Positions 1 through 8,670 of a stretch of 28,381 nucleotides of DNA are shown here, piece after piece; within the stretch, counting starts at the first letter, position 1, and every line of letters begins with the position of its first letter. The position numbers and the translations under genes are program-made. The stretch comes from a virus (taxonomy: Duplodnaviria; Heunggongvirae; Uroviricota; Caudoviricetes). Under the pieces are notes generated by a model, which did not search any database, was not told the origin of the DNA, and was given only the letters and a program-made list of their open reading frames with translations. The stretch lies in the IMG/VR virus record IMGVR_UViG_2909251562_000002; one strand, 5' to 3'.

Positions 1-906
1 CTATATTTCCAGACATCTGTTATCACTTAACCCATTACAAGCCCGCTGCCGCAGATATTCCCGTGGCGAGCGATAACCCAGCGCACTATGCGGATGCCAT
101 TCGTTATAATGCTCGAACGCCTCTGCAAGGTTCTTTGCTGCCGTTAACCCGTCTGGTTTGGGCATGATACTGATGTAGTCACGCTTTATCGTTTTCACGA
201 AGCTCTCTGCTATTCCGTTACTCTCCGGACTCCGCATCGCCGTGTTCTTCGGTTCAAGTCCCAACATCCGGGCGAACTGGCGTGTTTCATTAGCCCGGTA
301 GCATGAACCATTATCCGTCAGCCACTCCACTGGAGACGACGGAAGATCGTTGCCGAAGCGGCGTTCCACCGCTCCCAGCATGACGTCCTGTACTGTTTCA
401 CTGTTGAAGTCGCCGGTAGTCACCGCCCAGTGCAGTGCCTCACGATCACAGCAGTCCAGCGCGAACGTGACACGCAGTCTCTCTCCGTTATCACAGCAGA
501 ACTCGAACCCGTCAGAGCACCATCGCTGATTGCTTTCTTTCACGGCCACTCTGCCTGTATGTGCCCGTTTCGATGGCGGTACAGCAGGTTTTCGCTCAAG
601 CAACAGCGCATTCTGGCGCATGATCCGGTAAACACGTTTGGCATTGATCGCAGGCATACCATCAAGTTCTGCCTGTCTGCGAAGCAGCGCCCATACTCGA
701 CGATAACCATACGTGGGCAGCTCTCCGATAACATGGTGTATACGGAGAAGCACATCCGTATCATCAGTGTGACGACTGCGGCGGCCATCCATCCAGTCAT
801 CGGTTCGTCTGAGAATGACGTGCAACTGCGCACGCGACACCCGGAGACAACGGCTGACTAAGCTTACTCCCCATCCCCGGGCAATAAGGGCGCGTGCGCT
901 ATCCAC
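1..906 (-). CDS. insD: IS2 transposase OrfB (InsD), 301 aa
   Basis: ORF-track protein matches IS2 InsD from memory; overlaps insC 3' end; slippery A6G heptamer at about 907-913 on the coding strand. Confidence 0.93.
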
Positions 907-1229
907 TTTTTTGCCCGTCCATATTCAACGGCTTCTTTGAGGAGTTCATTTTCCATCGTTTTCTTGCCGAGCAGGCGCTGGAGTTCTTTAATCTGCTTCA
1001 TGGCGGCAGCAAGTTCAGAGGCAGGAACAACCTGTTCTCCGGCGGCGACAGCAGTAAGACTTCCTTCCTGGTATTGCTTACGCCAGAGAAATAACTGGCT
1101 GGCTGCTACACCATGTTGCCGGGCAACGAGGGAGACCGTCATCCCCGGTTCAAAGCTCTGCTGAACAATTGCGATCTTTTCCTGTGTGGTACGCCGTCTG
1201 CGTTTCTCCGGCCCTAAGACATCAATCAT
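864..1229 (-). CDS. insC: IS2 OrfA (InsC), 121 aa from [13 protein letters not shown]
   Basis: Internal Met of the 136-aa track ORF gives the remembered InsC N-terminus. Confidence 0.9.
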
Positions 1230-1801
1230 CTGTTCTCCAATGACTAGTCTAAAAACTAGTATTAAGACTATCACTTATTTAAGTGATATTGGTTGTCTGG
1301 AGATTCAGGGGGCCAGTCTAGTCCCATATATGCCCCAAAAAAACTCCCCAACAGATAAGTAGTTTTTTCATGGATTTATGCGTAAAATCAAGAACGGCTG
1401 GAAATCATTCAATACTCACACTATCGAAAAATTTACCAGCCAACCGCAGCACGTTCTTGCATAAGGCGTGTCTGCGGTTTTTCAACTATTCAGATACATC
1501 ACTCCCATCACATTCATTCCTCCGCATCAAAGGCATATAGGCTATATCACCTTGATATTTTTCTTTTTCAGATAAAAACTGTTATCTATGTATACTTTTA
1601 AACCCAATCCGTGTAGAGTCTCTGCATAAGATAGTTTGCAGTTGCCGCTTCAGCTTGCGCCATAAACCGCCTGATTTTTGCTGCCACCAGTTAGCATTCC
1701 TGTATACCTGAAACGACAATGTTTATCTACGAACTTTAAGAACACCCAGGATAAAAATTGTCAACTATATCATATATAACACATTACTAATTCGAGGCTA
1801 T

Positions 1802-1915
1802 ATGAACAGCATACTGATAATCACATCTCTCCTTATCATATTCAGCATTTTTAGTCATGCCCTAATAAAATTAGGGATTGGCATATCCAATAACCCAGAC
1901 AAAACCGATGTATAA
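1802..1915 (+). CDS. Candidate small hydrophobic protein, 37 aa ([37 protein letters not shown])
   Basis: Manual translation; ATG preceded by GAGG about 5 nt upstream; one predicted transmembrane helix. Below the ORF-track size cutoff. Confidence 0.25.
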
Positions 1916-1983
1916 GTCAACATATCCTGAATCAGACATACAATATCGCAATGAAAATCAATAATATTTTAAGGAATATCTTC

Positions 1984-2217
1984 ATGAAATCAAAAGACAC
2001 CCTAAAGTGGTTCCCTGCGCAGCTTCCTGAAGTAAGAATTATCCTAGGCGATGCTGTAGTGGAAGTAGCAAAACAGGGAAGACCTATCAATACCAGAACA
2101 TTGCTTGATTACATTGAAGGAAACATAAAGAAAAAATCATGGCTGGATAACAAAGAATTATTACAAACAGCGATATCAGTTCTTAAAGACAACCAAAATT
2201 TAAATGGTAAAATGTAA
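1984..2217 (+). CDS. ydfK: YdfK/YnaE-family small prophage protein, 77 aa from MKSKDTLKW
   Basis: Internal ATG with AAGGA upstream; sequence and position beside pin match the remembered ydfK/ynaE pair. Alternative upstream ATG at 1951. Confidence 0.6.
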   Translation: MKSKDTLKWFPAQLPEVRIILGDAVVEVAKQGRPINTRTLLDYIEGNIKKKSWLDNKELLQTAISVLKDNQNLNGKM

Positions 2218-2533
2218 TATAATAAACTTACTTTTTTATCATTTTTCCACTTTAACAACATTTTGCTCCACTTTTCCACGACCAAACAACTTGAAATCTG
2301 GTTAAAATAACACGCAACACTATTCTTCTTCCTTGAGTCCGCCCGGAACTCGAAAAACAAACCGAGTTAAAGCCATTTTTCACAAAATCGATTTTGGGTC
2401 TCACCAAAATTACGGGGTTGCATACGCATTCGTTTATTTTCGAACGTGTACATACAAATATGCACAAAAATAATCATAATTATTTTCTGAGATGCATTAT
2501 GATATGAACACCAATTTCGTATAGAGTCTCACT

Positions 2534-3124
2534 ATGTCTCGAATTTTTGCTTACTGTCGGATATCAACGCTGGATCAGACCACCGAAAATCAACGCCGGG
2601 AAATCGAAAGTGCAGGTTTTAAAATCAAACCTCAGCAAATAATCGAAGAACACATTAGCGGCTCAGCAGCAACCAGTGAGCGTCCTGGTTTTAACCGGTT
2701 GCTTACTCGCCTGAAATGTGGTGATCAATTGATTGTGACAAAACTGGATCGCCTTGGTTGTAATGCAATGGATATCAGGAAAACAGTGGAACAACTGACC
2801 GAAACAGGTATCAGAGTGCATTGCTTAGCATTGGGTGGCATTGACCTGACCAGTCCAACAGGAAAAATGATGATGCAAGTAATTTCAGCAGTCGCTGAAT
2901 TTGAACGAGACCTTTTACTTGAACGCATTCATTCCGGGATAGTAAGAGCCCGCGGCGCAGGGAAACGTTTTGGTCGACCACCTGTGTTAAATGAAGAACA
3001 GAAACAGGTGGTATTCGAACGAATTAAGTCAGGTGTAAGTATAAGTGCCATTGCCCGGGAATTCAAAACCTCGCGGCAAACCATTTTAAGAGCCAAAGCA
3101 AAACTTCAGACACCTGACATATAA
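2534..3124 (+). CDS. pinQ: Serine DNA invertase (Pin/Gin/Hin family), 196 aa
   Basis: N-terminal catalytic serine region (YCRISTLDQ), resolvase core and C-terminal HTH; length and context match PinQ. Confidence 0.88.
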   Translation: MSRIFAYCRISTLDQTTENQRREIESAGFKIKPQQIIEEHISGSAATSERPGFNRLLTRLKCGDQLIVTKLDRLGCNAMDIRKTVEQLTETGIRVHCLALGGIDLTSPTGKMMMQVISAVAEFERDLLLERIHSGIVRARGAGKRFGRPPVLNEEQKQVVFERIKSGVSISAIAREFKTSRQTILRAKAKLQTPDI

Positions 3125-3221
3125 AAAATAATCTCGGTGTGAGATGCTTTACGTCTTCCAAGCCCCCTTCCTTGCCGTAAATGGAAAGATACATCTAATT
3201 ATAGAATTTATATGTTTTACC

Positions 3222-3395
3222 CTACGGCAGTGCTGGCCATTCAATATCCGGTACTACTGATGTATTAACACGGTTCAGCAACACCCGATACTTTTTCCAG
3301 ACTTCCAGCAACGAAGTTTCTTCCTCCGTTGCGATTTCCAGCTCAACAACAGTCTGAACGTACCAGGAACAGCCTCCTTCAGGGCTTGAAGGATA
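3222..3395 (-). pseudogene. Orphan 3' remnant of a tail fiber assembly gene (tfa), 57 codons with no start codon
   Basis: Manual translation directly after the stf TGA, in the same frame: [57 protein letters not shown], resembling the conserved lambdoid Tfa C-terminus. Confidence 0.55.
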
Positions 3396-6300
3396 TCAAT
3401 GTTCGCTTCCTGTTAACTGCCCGACAAGTGCAACCAGTTCGCTTACCTGATTTTCCAGAGTGCTGATCCGGGTGCCTGCTGTTGCCAGATTTTTACGTAG
3501 CGTTATGTTTTCCTCTTCCAGCGCGGTAACGCGACCATCTGTTTCACGGGCGACCTGAACAAGTAACCCCGTCACGGCGGCGTAGTCAACATTCAGATAA
3601 CGTGTTTCTTCACGTAATTCATTGCCGTCAACCGTTGGTCCCTGCAACTCTTCACCGTAATGAGTAAACGATCCCACAGCTTCTGGTATCGCCTCCATTA
3701 CTTCCTGTGCAATAACGCCAGCATAAGGCATCCCGTTTTCCCTGAGCGTGTAGGTGTATCCGTTCATTTTACGGATTGCTTTCGTCGCGTCGCTGATAAC
3801 GAGAATATCGTCTTTAAGGTCGCGGTCTGATGACTGATTCAGCGTTGTGCAATTAATAGCGCCATTTACATCAAACAACTGGCCTGCTGACGTTTTTTGC
3901 GCATAAAACAGATACGCAGCAGACGTTCCAACCTCAAAAACGTTTTGTCGATCACTTGATCCCCATACTTTTGCGGCAAATGATAGTTCTGTATTACCTA
4001 AGTTCTGTAAAACAAAACGATTTCCAGTCCCTGTTTGTTTTGTAAGAGTTAAATCAACAGTTGAGTTAACCTCATCCTTGTTGATAGTGAGCGCCTGCGC
4101 TTTAGCCCCGTTAACAGCACCTGTTTTGAGTTGAACCGCGCCGTCATTACCATTTAACAGTATCTCAGCTCCGCTAAAGAAATTTTTTAGCGACAGCATC
4201 TTACTTACGCCGACTGATGAACCCAACGCCCACGCGAGAGAATTACCGGTGCTATCAAACCCACGTACAAAGCAATCCATTTTGCTATAGTCTGACGTGC
4301 TTCCAAGGACATCAATTCGCCCTCCGCCAGATTTTACCGGGTTAGATGTGGTTAATGACCTGACAGCAAGATCGGTAGATGAATTGAGATCGTCTACTGT
4401 TAGTAATTTCTTCCATTCCTGCGTCGTTCCATTTTCAATTGTTCTTCCCCAAAAACCGGAATTGCGGCCTCCGAACTGCACAGCATAATTTTTACTAAAT
4501 TGAACATGAATGCCGCCAAGAACCATAGAACCTGCCGGGCCGTTTGTACTGCCTGCAATTGGTATAAATTTATTAATGTTATCAGTATGCTGCGTGTTCC
4601 AGTCTCGTCCTGTTTTTGTAAGCAGTCCTAATGTCGTGTCGAGCGCTTCGGTTAAAGTAAGGTTTTTAAATTTAACTGCGCTACTTTCGCCAAGACTTAA
4701 GTTGTTTCGCGCATCTTCTACTGTTGTCGCACCTGTACCTCCTTGCCCAACAGCTAATGGCAACCAGCCAGTGCCATTATGACAACCCCACAAACCAGAT
4801 TTGGAAACCTGTAAGCGTGGTGCGCCTGAAGAATACGTAGAATATACGTAAGTTGTTTCTTTTCCCTCTTCAACCCTTTCTGTTGATACATCTCTCTTCC
4901 ATTCAGACCAGGTACCGCTACCTCCTTCATATATTCGTCTATAAGTAATTCCCGGATTATTATAAGGGTAGTACACCTGAACGCAGGAAGAAGCAGTGTT
5001 GGCTCTCGTTTGGAGCACTATTAAAGCGCCCGCCAGACCGATTGGGTAATTTAATTCTTCTGTTGCGTAAGCGCTCGTTGGTTGTTGATAGAAACCAGAA
5101 TATTCACCGGTAAGGGTGTTTAGGTCAGTATTAGCAAGGCCAGCTTTTTGCTCATACATTACCCGCAAGTTCGCACGTGCTTGCTCGATAGTTCTTCCAC
5201 CAGTACCGCCCTGGGCTAAACCTAACGGAGACCATTGTCCAGAAGAAGAATCATAACCCCCCCAACTCCCGTTAGTATGGATTTCAAAGAAACGATCACC
5301 AGTTGGACCATACATACGAGTTGTTGATTCATTTTGACCAAAGCGGCTTAATTCATCTCTGCGGGTATGACGTATCCATTGCGGGCCAGAACTTTGGCTG
5401 TAAATGTACGAATACAATGATTTTGTATCTGAACCAACAAATAGACCGGAATATCTTTTTGTTGACACTTCTGATCTAACTATATAACCAGAAATAAGAT
5501 TATCCCCGGCACTAGACGCTACTGATGGATAACCTTTCGCTGAGATGTAAATCCTGATAAATCCAATATAACCTGATGGCTCAACAGAGATATCAGTGCA
5601 GGTCATGGCAACTTCACCAAGACCAATATTGTTACCAACAACGGATTGTGCCTGGTTGCGATAATTAAGTGCGTCCGCTGCAGATTTCGCCGCGTTTGTT
5701 TCACTGGATTTAGCATTAGTTTCGCTGCTCTTTGCTGCTGCCTCGCTATTTTTCGCGTTGGTTTCTGATTTTTTGGCTGCTGTCGCGGAGTTTGCCGATG
5801 CAGTTTGTGAGGCCGCTGCCGCCTGTGCGCTGTTATCCGCATTCGTCTCAGACGTTTTTGCGGCCTTCGCGGAATTTCCTGCCGCCGTTGCCGAAGAGGC
5901 TGCACTACTGGCGCTCGAGGCTGCGCTCGTTTCTGATGATTTCGCTGCCTCTTTTGAGGCCGCCGCATCCCGGGCTGAGGTGGCAGCTTCTGACGCTTTC
6001 GTGGTCGCGGTGGATGCAGAAGTGGCTGCAGATTTTTGTGACGCTGCAGCATTCGTTTCTGACGTTTTCGCCGCACCGGCACTGGTAGCTGCCGCGCTTT
6101 TTGAGGACTCTGCAGCGGCAGCACTTTTTTCCGCTTCAGTGGCCTTTGTTGATGCCGTTCCTGCGCTGGAAGACGCTGACTGAGCCGACGAAGCGGCCTG
6201 TCCGGCTGACGTGCTGGCTGCGCGTGCTGAGCCTGCAGCATCAGTCGCATGGGTTGCCGCCTCACGGGCAGATGTGCCGGCATCGCCGGCTGACTTCTTC

Positions 6301-6680
6301 GCGGCTGCCGTGTTCTGTGCCACCGCGGACGCGTTACGCGCCACCTCTTCCACCATCAGTTCAAAACGGCGCAGAGCCTCCGGACGGGCATCATCCTCCG
6401 TCATGGCACCGAGAAAATCATTCAGCGTACCGGGTCGGGAATCTTCATACACGGTGATGGTCCCGGCATGTGACGGCGGGAATCCTTCCACCAACAGAAT
6501 AACGCTGTACTGACCGTACTCAACGTCCATGCTGTAACGCCCGGCTTCATCCGGATTTTCTGAGGCCAGCGTGTTCACCACCACCGCGGTGCTGTTACGT
6601 TTTGCTTTCAGCTGGATTGTGCAGTTCTGTACCGGTTTTCCTGTGCCGTCTTTCAGTACACCTGAAATCTTTACTGCCAT
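3396..6680 (-). CDS. stf: Side tail fiber protein (lambda Stf-like N-terminus) with Ala/Ser-rich repeats and a C-terminal intramolecular chaperone-like domain
   Basis: N-terminus MAVKISGVLKDGTGKPVQNCTIQLKA matches lambda Stf; C-terminal SDRDLKDDI...NGYTYTLRENG...GVIAQEV then a coiled coil; ATG at 6678-6680 with GGGG upstream (track starts at GTG 6686). Confidence 0.9.
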   Translation of the reverse strand: MAVKISGVLKDGTGKPVQNCTIQLKAKRNSTAVVVNTLASENPDEAGRYSMDVEYGQYSVILLVEGFPPSHAGTITVYEDSRPGTLNDFLGAMTEDDARPEALRRFELMVEEVARNASAVAQNTAAAKKSAGDAGTSAREAATHATDAAGSARAASTSAGQAASSAQSASSSAGTASTKATEAEKSAAAAESSKSAAATSAGAAKTSETNAAASQKSAATSASTATTKASEAATSARDAAASKEAAKSSETSAASSASSAASSATAAGNSAKAAKTSETNADNSAQAAAASQTASANSATAAKKSETNAKNSEAAAKSSETNAKSSETNAAKSAADALNYRNQAQSVVGNNIGLGEVAMTCTDISVEPSGYIGFIRIYISAKGYPSVASSAGDNLISGYIVRSEVSTKRYSGLFVGSDTKSLYSYIYSQSSGPQWIRHTRRDELSRFGQNESTTRMYGPTGDRFFEIHTNGSWGGYDSSSGQWSPLGLAQGGTGGRTIEQARANLRVMYEQKAGLANTDLNTLTGEYSGFYQQPTSAYATEELNYPIGLAGALIVLQTRANTASSCVQVYYPYNNPGITYRRIYEGGSGTWSEWKRDVSTERVEEGKETTYVYSTYSSGAPRLQVSKSGLWGCHNGTGWLPLAVGQGGTGATTVEDARNNLSLGESSAVKFKNLTLTEALDTTLGLLTKTGRDWNTQHTDNINKFIPIAGSTNGPAGSMVLGGIHVQFSKNYAVQFGGRNSGFWGRTIENGTTQEWKKLLTVDDLNSSTDLAVRSLTTSNPVKSGGGRIDVLGSTSDYSKMDCFVRGFDSTGNSLAWALGSSVGVSKMLSLKNFFSGAEILLNGNDGAVQLKTGAVNGAKAQALTINKDEVNSTVDLTLTKQTGTGNRFVLQNLGNTELSFAAKVWGSSDRQNVFEVGTSAAYLFYAQKTSAGQLFDVNGAINCTTLNQSSDRDLKDDILVISDATKAIRKMNGYTYTLRENGMPYAGVIAQEVMEAIPEAVGSFTHYGEELQGPTVDGNELREETRYLNVDYAAVTGLLVQVARETDGRVTALEEENITLRKNLATAGTRISTLENQVSELVALVGQLTGSEH
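5650..6300 (-). repeat. In-frame degenerate tandem repeats encoding an Ala/Ser/Thr-rich tract (AAKxSETNA-like units) within stf
   Basis: Repeated DNA units of about 27 nt visible on the plus strand; the protein shows KSSETNA / KTSETNA / KKSETNA repeats. Confidence 0.8.
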
Positions 6681-6689
6681 ATTCACCCC

Positions 6690-6718
6690 ACAAAAAAGCC
6701 CGCCTGAACCGGCGGGCT
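6690..6718 (-). terminator. Candidate intrinsic terminator between lom and stf
   Basis: Hairpin GCCCGCC...GGCGGGC (6697-6718) followed on the minus strand by a T-run, ending a few nt before the stf ribosome-binding region. Confidence 0.45.
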
Positions 6719-6744
6719 GTCATAACACTGTGTTACCTGGCTAA

Positions 6745-7299
6745 TCAGAATTTATAACCAACACCAACGATGAACCCGTCAGTGCGCCAGTCGCCACTGC
6801 CGGAGCCTTCATAAGCGACATCAATGGCCACGGATTCGGTCGGGTTAAACTGCACGCCAGCCCCCCACGCCAGAGACGTGTTGCTGTGGCGACCGTCATC
6901 ACTTCCGGTCAGCACATCGTGCGTTTTCCCCTTGTTGTCAGTTACGCGGAGATAATCTCCGGAGAAAGTCGACACACGGCTGTAAGCCATACCCGCCATC
7001 GCATACGCGCTGAACCATTCATTCACGCGCACAGACGGCCCCGCCATTACGCTGAACCAGCGGTTACGAACGGAATCTTCATGCCAGCGGGTATCGCTGT
7101 AACGGGTCAGCTGGCGATTCTTGTCTCCTGCATAGCTGAATGACGTCACCATCCCCAGTGTGTCCGTAAACTCATAGCGGTATTTCACGTTAATCCCGTT
7201 CAGATCATCGCTGCCGGGAACGTTCGTCGAGGCATGAAGATACCCCGCGCTCAGCGTGGCCTGCTGCTCAGACGCCCATGCAGGCGCACCGGATACCAG
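6745..7299 (-). pseudogene. lom: lom (Ail/Lom outer-membrane protein), 5'-truncated: start codon and most of the signal peptide are missing
   Basis: Translation matches lambda Lom from ...VSGAPAWASEQQATLSAGYLHAS to the C-terminal GVGYKF; upstream in-frame residues diverge from Lom and hit a stop at 7333-7335. Confidence 0.85.
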
Positions 7300-7573
7300 T
7301 CCTTTCTCTCTTTCGGCTCCATACGGGATGGATCATGAACAGAGTCTGCTGCCTCATGCTTCACACTAAACAGGGCTGGCCCGACATGCTGCAGGGCGTA
7401 AACGGGGTTCCCCCTGACAGTCGCAGCCACAGGAGTGTTGGCCGCGAGAAGCCGTTTTTTTACTGTGTCCCGGTGAAGCCCAAAGGCCTCAGCGATTTTA
7501 AAAACACTCCAGTAATAAGCATCACCGATCCCGCTCACATTTGACATAAGCAACTCCATCTGGCAGGTGAAAA
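7300..7573 (-). pseudogene. Fragment of a Nu1-like terminase small subunit gene (about 90 N-terminal codons), fused to lom by deletion and separated from its ATG by IS66
   Basis: Segment ...YYWSVFKIAEAFGLHRDTVKKRLLAANTPVAATVRGNPVYAL has the layout of the lambda Nu1 N-terminal helix-turn-helix; the ancestral ATG is at 10282-10284 about 150 bp from the cos-like site. Confidence 0.45.
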
Positions 7574-7626
7574 GTAACCGGCTCATTTAAACCGTCTGGT
7601 CTGTTTCCTCCGGCTCTACAAAAATA

Positions 7627-8304
7627 ATGTCCATCATTTTTAATGGACACTATCGTATGAAACACCGGACCTGGATCACTGAAGCTTTACGTCTTCACTT
7701 TGAAGAACATTTACCCCGGGTTGTGGCCGGGCGTCGCCTGGGTGTACCAAAATCAACAGTTTGTAGTATGTTCGTGCGCTTTCGGAGAGCTGGCCTTTCG
7801 TGGCCTTTGCCCGCAGGCATGTCGGAGCAGGAACTTGATGCCTGCCTTTACGGACAATTTTCCACGGTACCAGTCGTACGTCCTGAAAGCACCGTTATAT
7901 CCGAAGCCCCCGTGGTAAAAAAACGTCCCCGGCGGCCCAACTTCCCTTATGAGTTTAAAATCGCCTTAGTGGAGCAGTCACTGCAGCCCGGAGCCTGTGT
8001 GGCGCAGATCGCCCGGGAAAACGGAATCAACGATAACCTGCTCTTCAACTGGCGCCATCAATACCGGAAAGGTGGCCTGCTGCCTTCCGGAAAAAATATG
8101 CCGGCACTGCTTCCCGTGACGTTAACGCCGGAGCCGGATAATAAAATCCCGGCCCCCGCACAGGAACCAGAGCAGATAAATACACCGTCCGACAGTCTGT
8201 GTTGTGAGCTGGTTCTGCCGGCCGGAACTCTCAGGCTTAAAGGTAAACTGACGCCGGCGTTATTACAGACACTTATCCGCGAAATAAAAGGGAGCAGCCA
8301 CTGA
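7627..8304 (+). CDS. IS66-family accessory protein TnpA (orf1), 225 aa
   Basis: C-terminal region (KIALVEQSLQPGACVAQIARENGINDNLLFNWRHQYRKG) is typical of IS66 orf1; stop overlaps the tnpB ATG (TGATG). An internal start at 7657 is possible. Confidence 0.75.
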   Translation: MSIIFNGHYRMKHRTWITEALRLHFEEHLPRVVAGRRLGVPKSTVCSMFVRFRRAGLSWPLPAGMSEQELDACLYGQFSTVPVVRPESTVISEAPVVKKRPRRPNFPYEFKIALVEQSLQPGACVAQIARENGINDNLLFNWRHQYRKGGLLPSGKNMPALLPVTLTPEPDNKIPAPAQEPEQINTPSDSLCCELVLPAGTLRLKGKLTPALLQTLIREIKGSSH

Positions 8305-8651
8305 TGATATCTCTCCCTGCAGGTTCGCGTATCTGGCTGGTTGCAGGTATCACCGATATGCGAAATGGCTTTAACGGCCTGGCATCAAAAGTTCAGAACG
8401 TCCTGAAGGATGACCCGTTCTCCGGACACCTGTTCATCTTCCGCGGACGCCGGGGTGACCAGATAAAAGTGTTGTGGGCTGACAGTGACGGACTGTGCCT
8501 CTTCACCAAACGCCTGGAGCGGGGCCGCTTCGTCTGGCCAGTCACCCGTGACGGCAAGGTGCACCTTACTCCGGCTCAGTTATCCATGCTTCTTGAAGGT
8601 ATCAACTGGAAGCACCCGAAACGAACGGAACGCGCTGGAATCCGCATATAA
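8304..8651 (+). CDS. IS66-family TnpB (orf2), 115 aa
   Basis: Conserved IS66 orf2 sequence (MISLPAGSRIWLVAGITDMRNGFNGL...). Confidence 0.9.
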   Translation: MISLPAGSRIWLVAGITDMRNGFNGLASKVQNVLKDDPFSGHLFIFRGRRGDQIKVLWADSDGLCLFTKRLERGRFVWPVTRDGKVHLTPAQLSMLLEGINWKHPKRTERAGIRI

Positions 8652-8670
8652 CCCGTTGTAAAGTGAGGAT

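Larger units (their letters stand above)
1..1320 (-). mobile_element. IS2, truncated by the window edge (about 13 bp of one terminus lie outside)
   Basis: InsC/InsD pair; end at 1281-1320 matches the remembered IS2 terminus (rev-comp TAGACTGGCCCCCTGAATCTCC); position 1 starts inside the other inverted repeat. Confidence 0.95.

Noticed and set aside
1360-1385. Possible left attachment core (ATGGATTT shared with the right junction at about 28290)
   Set aside because: The match is only 8 bp and in inverted orientation; integrase attachment cores are direct repeats.
3060-3078. gix/hix-like half-site (TTCAAAACCTCG) at the 3' end of pin, and a similar AAACCGAG at 2358-2372
   Set aside because: Only one half-site resembles the consensus and no inverted partner was found, so I do not call a functional crossover site.
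5650-6300. Possible CRISPR array, suggested by regular short repeats
   Set aside because: The repeats are in-frame coding repeats without unique spacers of fixed length; no CRISPR repeat-spacer structure is present anywhere in the window.
5603-6513. Several long ORFs on other frames and the plus strand inside stf (226 aa, 141 aa, 118 aa, 118 aa, 100 aa), rich in Arg/Pro or Ala
   Set aside because: They lie wholly inside the stf repeat region and arise from its GC-rich periodic codons; the compositions are not protein-like.
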